In this document: one piece after another, positions 32,758 through 40,364 of the stretch
Position numbering within the stretch: position 1 is the first letter of the stretch
Layout: each line of letters opens with the position of its first letter
Origin: an uncultured Gemmatimonadales bacterium
Lineage (GTDB): Bacteria; Gemmatimonadota; Gemmatimonadetes; Longimicrobiales; RSA9
Direction of reading: 5' to 3'
NCBI GenBank assembly: GCA_963816355.1
Contig: CAWFKH010000003.1
Location: forward strand, 576,001 to 640,000
DNA: 64,000 nt
Notes under the pieces: generated by a model
Told to the model about the DNA's origin: nothing
Seen by the model: the letters and a program-made list of their open reading frames with translations, nothing else
The model's database searches: none
Position numbers and translations under genes: made by a program

Positions 32758-33467
32758 AGCTCCGCCCCACCGCAGGCCGCACGATCCTCGTCGCCGCCGT
32801 CGCGCTCGCCGCCGTGCCCGCGCGCGCCGCCGAGGGCCACGCCGTGCGAACGCGCACGGCCGACGCGCCGATCACCATCGCGCGCCTCCACTACGACGGC
32901 GGCGGCGACTGGTACGGCAACCCGTCCTCGCTGCCGAACCTGCTGCACGCGATCGCGACGCGGACCGGCGTGCCGGTGGCGCCGCGCGCGGTGGACGTCC
33001 GGCTCACGGATCCCGACCTGTGGAACTATCCGTACCTGTACGCCACCGGCCACGGCAACATCCACTTCAGCGACGCCGAGGTGAAGGCACTGCGCGCATA
33101 CCTGCTCGCCGGTGGCTTCTTCCACGCCGACGACAACTACGGCCTGGACGAGAGCTTCCGGCGCGAGATCGCGCGCGTCTTTCCCGAGGACAAGCTGGTC
33201 GACGTGCCGCTCGACCACGCGATCTACCACGATTTCTACGACTTCCCGAAGGGGATCCCGAAGGTCCACTACCACGACGGCCTGCCCGCCGAAGGGCTCG
33301 GCATCTTCCACGACGGCCGCCTCGTCGTCTACTACAGCTATCAGTCCGACCTCGGTGACGGCTGGGAGGACCCCGAAGTGCACCACGACCCGCCCGCCAT
33401 TCGCGAGGCCGCGCTGCGCATGGGGGTCAACCTCTTCCTCTTCGCCCTTTCGCAGGTGAGCCGTTGA
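32754..33467 (+). CDS. DUF4159 family secreted protein
   Basis: Signal peptide; RL.Y.GGGDWY.NPSSLPNL, YLY.TGHG, GGF.H.DDNYG, DLGDGWED, AL.MGVN. Confidence 0.88.
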   Translation: MKLRPTAGRTILVAAVALAAVPARAAEGHAVRTRTADAPITIARLHYDGGGDWYGNPSSLPNLLHAIATRTGVPVAPRAVDVRLTDPDLWNYPYLYATGHGNIHFSDAEVKALRAYLLAGGFFHADDNYGLDESFRREIARVFPEDKLVDVPLDHAIYHDFYDFPKGIPKVHYHDGLPAEGLGIFHDGRLVVYYSYQSDLGDGWEDPEVHHDPPAIREAALRMGVNLFLFALSQVSR

Positions 33468-36400
33468 GTCCCGCTCCGACCGATCTGCGCGCCCTGTTCC
33501 GCGCCGCCGCGCGCGGCGTGCGGCGCGACGCCCTGCTCGCCGCGATCGCGGTCGTCGCCGCCGTCGCGCCCGCCACGCTCCTCCTCGCGTGGGCGATCGG
33601 CTCGCGGCCCGCCTGGGCCGCCCCCTCGCCGTGGCCGCTCGTCGCGGATCTCGCCGCCATCGCCGCCGCCGCCGGCGCGGCCCTCTGGGCCCGTCGCCGC
33701 TGGGTCGACGACGCCTCCGCCGACCGCGTCGGCGCCGCCGCCGAGCGCGCGCGCGGCCTTCCGGCCGGCGCGTTGCGCGGCGTGCTGGAGCTCGCCGAGG
33801 CGCTCCCGCGCGGCACCTCCGCGGAGCTGGCGCGCGGCGCCGAGGCGCGTCTTCGCAGGCTCCTCGCGGGTGCCGATCCGCGCGCGCTGGGCGGCGACGT
33901 CGGCCGGCGCAGCCGTCGTCGCCGGCGCGGCGCCGTCGCCGGGCTGGTCGCTCTCGCCTCGGTCGCGGCGGCCGTCGGCTTCACCTCGCCTCGCCGCGCG
34001 CGCGCCGGCTGGTCGCCGCTGCTGCGGCCGGTGAGCACGCTTTCCGCGCCGCCGCTTCCGCCGCTCCTCGTCGAGCCCGGCAACGCGCAGGTGCGGCGTG
34101 GCGCGGCGCTCCCGGTGCGCGTGCGCGCCCCCGGCCGGTCCAGCGTCCGGCTGGCGTGGCAGCCGGAGGGGGACGTGCGCCACGATCGCGAGCTGCAGGT
34201 GCTGAGCGGGGCCGCCACCTCCGGCATCCCGGCGATCGACGCGCGCACCCGCTACTGGGTCGAGGCGCCGGACGGCGCGGTGTCGGACACCTTCGCGGTC
34301 ACGCCGGAAGCCGCGCTGTTGGTGGCCTCGCTCTCGATCGAGCTGCGCTATCCGGCGTACCTGCGGCGGGAGCCGGAGCGGTTCGAGGGTGAGGTGCCGT
34401 CGCTCGACGTGCCGGAAGGCGCTTCGATCACGTTCCGCGGCCATGCCACGCGGCCGCTCGGCGCGGTGCGGCTCGTGCGCGCCGACAGCGCGGCGCCGCG
34501 CGTCGTCGTCGACGTGCCGAGCGAGGGCGCCGACTTCAGCGGGCGCTGGACGCCGCGCGAGAGCGGGCGCTACGAGTGGCGCATCCGGGGCGCGGACGAC
34601 GCGCCGGCGGAAGTCGAGCCCGCTCCGCTCGACGTGCGGCTGCTCGCCGACGCGGCGCCCGCGGCGCAGCTCACCTATCCGGGCGTCGACACGGTGCTCA
34701 CGGCGGAGATGCGGCAGCCGCTCGCGGTGAGCGCCGCCGACGACCACGGCGTCGCCGCCGCGGAGCTGGTGAGTTGGCGCGTCAGCGCGCTGGGGGACGA
34801 GGGGGCGCGCGTGAGGCAGCGGCTCGACGTCGAGGGCGACCCGGAGCGCGTGCTGCTGCAGGGCCTGCTCGACGCGAGCGGCCGCGGCCTCCTCCCCGGC
34901 GACACGCTCTTCTACTTCGTCCGTGTGACCGACAACTCGCCGCGCGCGCAGACCGGCGTGACGCGGACGTACCGGCTGCGGCTGCCGAGCATGGCGGAGC
35001 GCCGCGAGGATGTCGCTCGCAACGTGGACGACGCGCTCGACCGGGCGCGGCAGGCGGCGGACGAGGCGCGCGACCTGGAGAAGGCGACGAGCGACCTGGC
35101 CCGGCGCGGTGTGGGCGGCCAGTCGCAGGCCGGCGCACCCGAGCCCGGCGGCTCGCCGCAGCGGCCGGGCTCGCGCTCCGGCGACAAGCTCGACTTCGCG
35201 CAGGCGCAGGAGGCGCAGAAGGTGATGGAGCGGCAGGAGAAGCTGCTCCAGCAGGCCGAGTCGCTGCAGAAGTCGACCGACGCGCTGCGCAAGTCGATGG
35301 AGGCGGCGGGCCTCGCCGACCCGGAGCTGAAGAAGCGGTTGGACGAGCTGTCCAAGCTGTACCAGGACGTGCTCACGCCGGAGCTGCGCGCCAGGCTGGA
35401 CGCGTTGAAGCAGGCGCTCGCCAGGCTCGACCCGGAGCGGGTGAACGAGGCGCTCTCGCAGCTCTCGCAGAACCAGCAGGAGTTTCGCCAGCAGATGGAG
35501 GAGAGCCTGCAGCTCCTCCGCCGCGCCGCGGCCGAGCAGCAGATGAGCGCGACGGCGCAGGAGGCACGCGAGCTCGCCGCCGAGCAGCGCTCCCTCTCCG
35601 ACGCGATGCGGCAGGATCCGCCGCCGGACGCGGCGAGGCGCGAGGACGACCTCGCCGGCCGCGCATCCGAGCTGCGGCAGGGGATGCAGGATCTGCAGAA
35701 GCGGCTCGAGGCGCAGGGCGAGAAGGCGACCGCCGCGAAGACGCAGGATGCCGGCGACCTCGCCGACCAGGCGAAGAGCGCGATGCAGCAGGCGTCCGCA
35801 GCGGCCGCGGGGAAACAGCCGCAGCAGGCTTCACAGAGCGGCGCGCAGGCCGCCTCTCGCCTCGAGAGCGCCGCCTCCACCCTCGAGCAGTCCCGCGACC
35901 GCATGGCGGCCGCGTGGCGCAAGGAGGTGCAGCAGGCGGTGGATCAGGCGGCGAGCGACGCGCTGGCGCTCGCCGAGCGCCAGAACGCGCTGCTCCAGGA
36001 GATGAAGGAGGCCGCGGCCCACCCGGGATCCCGCTCTGTGAGCGCATCGCCGCGGCCGCCGCAGGGCACCCGGGCGGACCAGCCGCCGGTGCCGCCGCAG
36101 CCCCGCCCGCCTTCGCCGCCGCAGTCCGGCCAGTCCGGCCAGTCCGGCCAGTCGCCGTCTCCGTCGCAGGCGGAGAAGCAGGGCGCGAAGAGCGGCGGGA
36201 AGACCGGGGCGCAGCAGGGCGGAAAGCAGGCGGGCGGCCAGTCCGGCGAGGCGCCGGGGCGAGGCGCCCCGCAGCAGCCGCAGCAGGCGGAGGGATCCGC
36301 GTCGCGCGCTTCGTCGGGCTCGGCGTCGTCGTCTGCCTCGGCCGGTTCGGGGACGTCCGGCTCCGCGCCGCAGCCGGTGCCTTCCGCGCCGAGCGACCCC

Positions 36401-37252
36401 GCGTCGATCCGCGCCGAGCAGGCGGCGGTGCAGCAGGGCCTGGAGGCGCTCGGCCGCAACCTGGCGGAAGCGGGGCGGCGCTCCGCGATGGTCAACCGCG
36501 ACGTGGGCGCGGCCCTCGGCCGGGCGGCGTTGAGCATGCGCCGCACGGTGGAGGCGATGGAGGACCGGCAGGGCGAGCGGCGCCTGCCGGTGCCGGAGGC
36601 GACGCGCTCGCTCGACGCGCTGAACCGGCTGGCGCTGTCGCTTCTCGGCAACCAGCAGGAGATCGCCCAGTCGCAGGCGGGCACCGGTCTGCAGCAGGCG
36701 CTCGAGCAGCTCGCCCGCATGGCGCAGCAGCAGGGCTCGCTGAACGCGCAGACGGGCTCGCTGCTGCCGCTCCAGCTCCAGGCGGGCGCGATGAAGTCCG
36801 GGCTGCAGCGGATCGCGCAGAGCCAGCGCGGCATCTCGCGCCAGCTCGACCAGGTGGGCAAGCAGGCGGGCAGCGAGGGGCTGCTCGGCGACGTCGAGGC
36901 GATGAAGCAGGAGTCGGATCGCCTCGCGCGCGACCTCGAGGGCGGCCGCATCACGCCGGAGATCCGGCAGCGTCAGGAGACGCTGTTCCATCGTCTCCTC
37001 GACGCCGGCCATACGCTCGAGCGCGACGAGGTCAGCCAGGAGCGCGTCGCCGAGCGGCCCGGCGACACGCCGGTCCTGCACGTCGCGCCGCTCGATCCCG
37101 CCCGCGTCGGGAGCGCCGTCCGCTACCCCGCGCCCGATCCGGAGCAGCTCCGCGGCCTGCCGCCCGCCTACCGCCGCCTCATCCTCGAGTACTTCGAGCG
37201 GCTCAACCGCGCCCAGCCCCCCGCCGGTCCGTCGCCGGAGGGCCGACCGTGA
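33464..37252 (+). CDS. Large membrane-anchored Ig-like/coiled-coil protein (DUF4175-like)
   Basis: Three N-terminal TMs, beta-rich region (YPAYL.R, A.DDHG, L.PGD...Y.V...D), long Q/A/E coiled coil, C-terminal P..YR..I.EYF. Confidence 0.75.
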   Translation: MSPAPTDLRALFRAAARGVRRDALLAAIAVVAAVAPATLLLAWAIGSRPAWAAPSPWPLVADLAAIAAAAGAALWARRRWVDDASADRVGAAAERARGLPAGALRGVLELAEALPRGTSAELARGAEARLRRLLAGADPRALGGDVGRRSRRRRRGAVAGLVALASVAAAVGFTSPRRARAGWSPLLRPVSTLSAPPLPPLLVEPGNAQVRRGAALPVRVRAPGRSSVRLAWQPEGDVRHDRELQVLSGAATSGIPAIDARTRYWVEAPDGAVSDTFAVTPEAALLVASLSIELRYPAYLRREPERFEGEVPSLDVPEGASITFRGHATRPLGAVRLVRADSAAPRVVVDVPSEGADFSGRWTPRESGRYEWRIRGADDAPAEVEPAPLDVRLLADAAPAAQLTYPGVDTVLTAEMRQPLAVSAADDHGVAAAELVSWRVSALGDEGARVRQRLDVEGDPERVLLQGLLDASGRGLLPGDTLFYFVRVTDNSPRAQTGVTRTYRLRLPSMAERREDVARNVDDALDRARQAADEARDLEKATSDLARRGVGGQSQAGAPEPGGSPQRPGSRSGDKLDFAQAQEAQKVMERQEKLLQQAESLQKSTDALRKSMEAAGLADPELKKRLDELSKLYQDVLTPELRARLDALKQALARLDPERVNEALSQLSQNQQEFRQQMEESLQLLRRAAAEQQMSATAQEARELAAEQRSLSDAMRQDPPPDAARREDDLAGRASELRQGMQDLQKRLEAQGEKATAAKTQDAGDLADQAKSAMQQASAAAAGKQPQQASQSGAQAASRLESAASTLEQSRDRMAAAWRKEVQQAVDQAASDALALAERQNALLQEMKEAAAHPGSRSVSASPRPPQGTRADQPPVPPQPRPPSPPQSGQSGQSGQSPSPSQAEKQGAKSGGKTGAQQGGKQAGGQSGEAPGRGAPQQPQQAEGSASRASSGSASSSASAGSGTSGSAPQPVPSAPSDPASIRAEQAAVQQGLEALGRNLAEAGRRSAMVNRDVGAALGRAALSMRRTVEAMEDRQGERRLPVPEATRSLDALNRLALSLLGNQQEIAQSQAGTGLQQALEQLARMAQQQGSLNAQTGSLLPLQLQAGAMKSGLQRIAQSQRGISRQLDQVGKQAGSEGLLGDVEAMKQESDRLARDLEGGRITPEIRQRQETLFHRLLDAGHTLERDEVSQERVAERPGDTPVLHVAPLDPARVGSAVRYPAPDPEQLRGLPPAYRRLILEYFERLNRAQPPAGPSPEGRP
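36122..36153. repeat. 9-bp coding tandem repeat (CAGTCCGGC x3.5; QSG)
   Basis: Three exact copies plus a partial copy. Confidence 0.85.
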
Positions 37253-39084
37253 ACCGCGCCGCGGGGGGCGGCGCGCGCCGTTCGACGCGCGCCCGCTGGC
37301 GTGTCGCGGCGGCGTCGCTGATCGTCACGACGTCGCGGCTGGTGGCGATGTCGATGATCGCGGCCGTGGCGCTCGGGGCGCAGGAGCCGCCACCCGCGAG
37401 CTCGCCGCTCGACCTGCTGCACGAGGCGACCGCACGCCAGAACGCGGGTGACTTCCCGGGCGCCGAAGCGCTCCTGCAGGAGGCGCTGCAGAAGGACGCG
37501 ACTTCGCTCGGCGCGCTGATCTCGATGGAGCGCCTGCTGCGCATCGACGGCCACCTCGACAGGATGATCCCGATCGTCCAGGCGCACTTGCGGGCCGTGC
37601 CCGCTTCCCCGATCGGACACCAGATGCTGCTCCGCATCTACTCGGACCTCGACCGCCCGAAGGAGTTCGACGCGGCCGCGCACGCCTGGATCGAGGCGGC
37701 GCCGTCGACCGAGACGCCGTACCGCGAGATCGCGCGCCTGCGCGAGCTCCGCGGCGACACCGGCGGCGCGCTCGAGACGCTGCTGCGCGGGCGCGAGCGA
37801 CTCGGTGCGGACGCGCTCTCGCTCGAGATCGGCGCCACGGAGGCGGAGGTGGGGCGGCCGGACGATGCGATCCGCGAGCTGGCCGGCGCCATTGGCCGCG
37901 ACGGCGCGCACTTCATGGCGGTCCGCCGGCGCCTCTCCGCGCTGCCGGACGGCGGCGCCTCCGTAATGGCCGGCCTCGTCGATGCGCTGGTGCGCGATCC
38001 GACGTCGCCCGCCCGCCGGCGCGCCGCCGCCGAGCTCGCCGTCGACGCGGGCCTCGAGGCGCAGGCGGTGCGCATCGCGCCCCGGGTCGCGGCCGATCTC
38101 GACGGCATCGAGCGCGAGCGGTTCCTCGTCGAGATCTCGCGTCGCGCCGAGTCCGCGCAGTTGCCCCGCGTCGCGTTCTGGGGGTACAACGAACTTCTCG
38201 CCTCCGGCGACTCGACGCTGCAGCCCGCCGCGCTGCGCGGCCGCATCGCCGAGCTGGCGCTGCTCGTCGGCGACACCGCGCGGGCGCGCCGCGGCCTCGA
38301 GCAGGCCGGCGACGACGGCGCCGTCGGCGACGCGCTCGTTCGCCGCCGCGCCGCAGCGCAGGAGGTACGCCTCGCGCTCGCCCGCTCGGACGCGGACGGC
38401 GCCCGCAAGGCGTACGCCGCGTTCCGCGGCCGCTTCCCGCGCGCCTCCGAGAACGACGCCCTCGCCGCCGACCTGGCCCGCCTGCTGCTCCGCACGGGCC
38501 GCGACGACGACGCGCAGGCGGTGCTCGACAGCGCTTCCGGTCCCGCCGTCGCCCTGGTGCGCGCCCGGCTCGAGCTCGAGGCGGGCAAGAGCGACGCCGC
38601 GCGCGCCGACTACCTCGCGGCCGCGCCCGGTCTGTACGGTGCCGACGCCACCGACGCGATCGAGATCGCGCGCCTGCTGGGCCGCATCACGCCGCGGGCG
38701 GGCGGCCTCGTGGGCCGCGCCCTTCGCCTGCGCGACGAGGGGAAGGCGGGCGAAGCGGCGGCGGCGCTCGTCGCGCCGGCGAGCGGCGCGTCGAAGGAGG
38801 ACGAGCCGGTGCTGCTCTCCTTCGCCGCTCGCATCGCCGCCGACGGCGGCCTGGAAGGCGAGGCGGAGCAGCTCTGGCGCACCCTGATCGACCAGTTCCC
38901 GGACGCGCTCGACACGCCGGCCGCGCTGCTCGCGCTCGGCCGCGCGCTGGCCGAGCGGCCGGAGTCGGTCGCGGAAGCGAAGCAGCTTCTCCAGAAGCTG
39001 GTCCTCGAGCACCCGCGGAGCGCCCTCGCGCCCCAGGCGCGGCGGGAGCTCGAGCGCATCGATCGACGCATCCCGCGGTCGTAG
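37249..39084 (+). CDS. Exported tetratricopeptide-repeat protein
   Basis: GTGA overlap with the upstream stop; hydrophobic leader; TPR-like helices ending L..QFPD....PAALL.LG and LVLEHPRSALAP.AR. Confidence 0.75.
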   Translation: MNRAAGGGARRSTRARWRVAAASLIVTTSRLVAMSMIAAVALGAQEPPPASSPLDLLHEATARQNAGDFPGAEALLQEALQKDATSLGALISMERLLRIDGHLDRMIPIVQAHLRAVPASPIGHQMLLRIYSDLDRPKEFDAAAHAWIEAAPSTETPYREIARLRELRGDTGGALETLLRGRERLGADALSLEIGATEAEVGRPDDAIRELAGAIGRDGAHFMAVRRRLSALPDGGASVMAGLVDALVRDPTSPARRRAAAELAVDAGLEAQAVRIAPRVAADLDGIERERFLVEISRRAESAQLPRVAFWGYNELLASGDSTLQPAALRGRIAELALLVGDTARARRGLEQAGDDGAVGDALVRRRAAAQEVRLALARSDADGARKAYAAFRGRFPRASENDALAADLARLLLRTGRDDDAQAVLDSASGPAVALVRARLELEAGKSDAARADYLAAAPGLYGADATDAIEIARLLGRITPRAGGLVGRALRLRDEGKAGEAAAALVAPASGASKEDEPVLLSFAARIAADGGLEGEAEQLWRTLIDQFPDALDTPAALLALGRALAERPESVAEAKQLLQKLVLEHPRSALAPQARRELERIDRRIPRS

Positions 39085-39097
39085 AAGAGACGGAATC

Positions 39098-40351
39098 ATG
39101 CGAATCGGAACCGCCCTCCTCGCCCTCGTGCTGCTCGCCGCGCCGCTCGGCGCGCAGCAGCTCCTCGTGCCGATGGACGAGGCGCAGAGCAATCAGCTCA
39201 AGGCGTACGGCCTCACCTACTGGGTGCTCGAGCAGGGGCTCACGGCGGAGTGGCTACTCAACTACCGGGCGGGCTCGTTCCTGCTGCCGGACCGGCCGGA
39301 GATCCGGCGCGAGGCGTCGCTCCGCGGCGTTTCCTTCGAGACGGTGTCGAGCGGCGACGTCGCCCAGATCAAGCAGACGATCGCCGCTTCGAACATGGAC
39401 ACGGTCGTGCTCGAGAAGGCGCCCAGGATCGCCGTCTACACGCCGCCCGACACGCGGCCGTGGGACGACGCCGTCACGCTCGCGTTGACCTACGCCCAGA
39501 TCCCCTACGACAAGATCTTCGACCGGGACGTGCTGCAGGGGAAGCTGAAAGAGTACGACTGGCTCCACCTCCACCACGAGGATTTCACCGGCCAGTACTC
39601 GAAGTTCTACATCAACTACGCCGGCGCGCCCTGGCTGCAGGAGGAAGTCCGCGACAACCAGAAGCTCGCCACGGACCTCGGCTACGCGAACGTGCCGGCC
39701 GAGAAGAAGGCGGTCGCCGAGACGATCCGCCAGTTCGTCGCGGGCGGCGGCTTCCTCTTCGCCATGTGCACCGCGACGGAGACGCTCGACCTCGCGCTCG
39801 CCGGTCACGGCGTCGACATCGCCGCCTCCTTCAGCGACGGCACGCCCGCCGACCGCAACGCGGATGCGCACATGGACTGGAACCGCGCGCTCGCCTTCGA
39901 GAACGCGCAGCTGCAGCTCAACCCCGCCGTGAACGCGTTCAGCGACATCGACGGCCATCAGGTGAACACGAACTGGCGCCAGCCGCTCGGCTCCTATACC
40001 CTCTTCGAGTTCAGCGCCAAGTTCGACCCGGTGCCGTCGATGCTCGTGCAGGACCAGGAGAGCGTGCTGCCGGACTTCTACGGCCTCACCACCAGCTTCC
40101 GCCGCGACCGCCTCAAGCCGGGCATCATCGTGCTCGCGCAGGAGGAGGGTACGCCCTGGGTGAAGTACATCCACGGCGACTACGGCAAGGGGACGTTCAC
40201 CTTCCTCGGCGGCCACGACCCGGAGGATCCGCAGCACCAGGTGGGCGATCCGCCCACCGACCTCGACCTCCACCGGCACTCGCCCGGCTACCGGCTCATC
40301 CTCAACAACGTCCTCTTCCCGGCCGCGAAGAAGAAGACGCTCAAGACGTAG
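39098..40351 (+). CDS. Conserved exported protein with class-I GATase/BPL_N-like motifs (family I recall being labelled 'asparagine synthetase B')
   Basis: Signal peptide; LLVPMD..Q...LKAYG..YW, WLLNYR.GSF, PWDDAV, WLHLHHEDFTGQY.KF, GGFLFAMC, GGHDPED, PGYRLILNNVLFP. Confidence 0.75.
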   Translation: MRIGTALLALVLLAAPLGAQQLLVPMDEAQSNQLKAYGLTYWVLEQGLTAEWLLNYRAGSFLLPDRPEIRREASLRGVSFETVSSGDVAQIKQTIAASNMDTVVLEKAPRIAVYTPPDTRPWDDAVTLALTYAQIPYDKIFDRDVLQGKLKEYDWLHLHHEDFTGQYSKFYINYAGAPWLQEEVRDNQKLATDLGYANVPAEKKAVAETIRQFVAGGGFLFAMCTATETLDLALAGHGVDIAASFSDGTPADRNADAHMDWNRALAFENAQLQLNPAVNAFSDIDGHQVNTNWRQPLGSYTLFEFSAKFDPVPSMLVQDQESVLPDFYGLTTSFRRDRLKPGIIVLAQEEGTPWVKYIHGDYGKGTFTFLGGHDPEDPQHQVGDPPTDLDLHRHSPGYRLILNNVLFPAAKKKTLKT

Positions 40352-40364
40352 GCCGGACCGCCGC

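Noticed and set aside
34576..39084. 1502-aa ORF as a giant protein
   Set aside because: The N-terminal ~890 aa are a shadow frame of the DUF4175-like gene; the TPR gene starts near 37249
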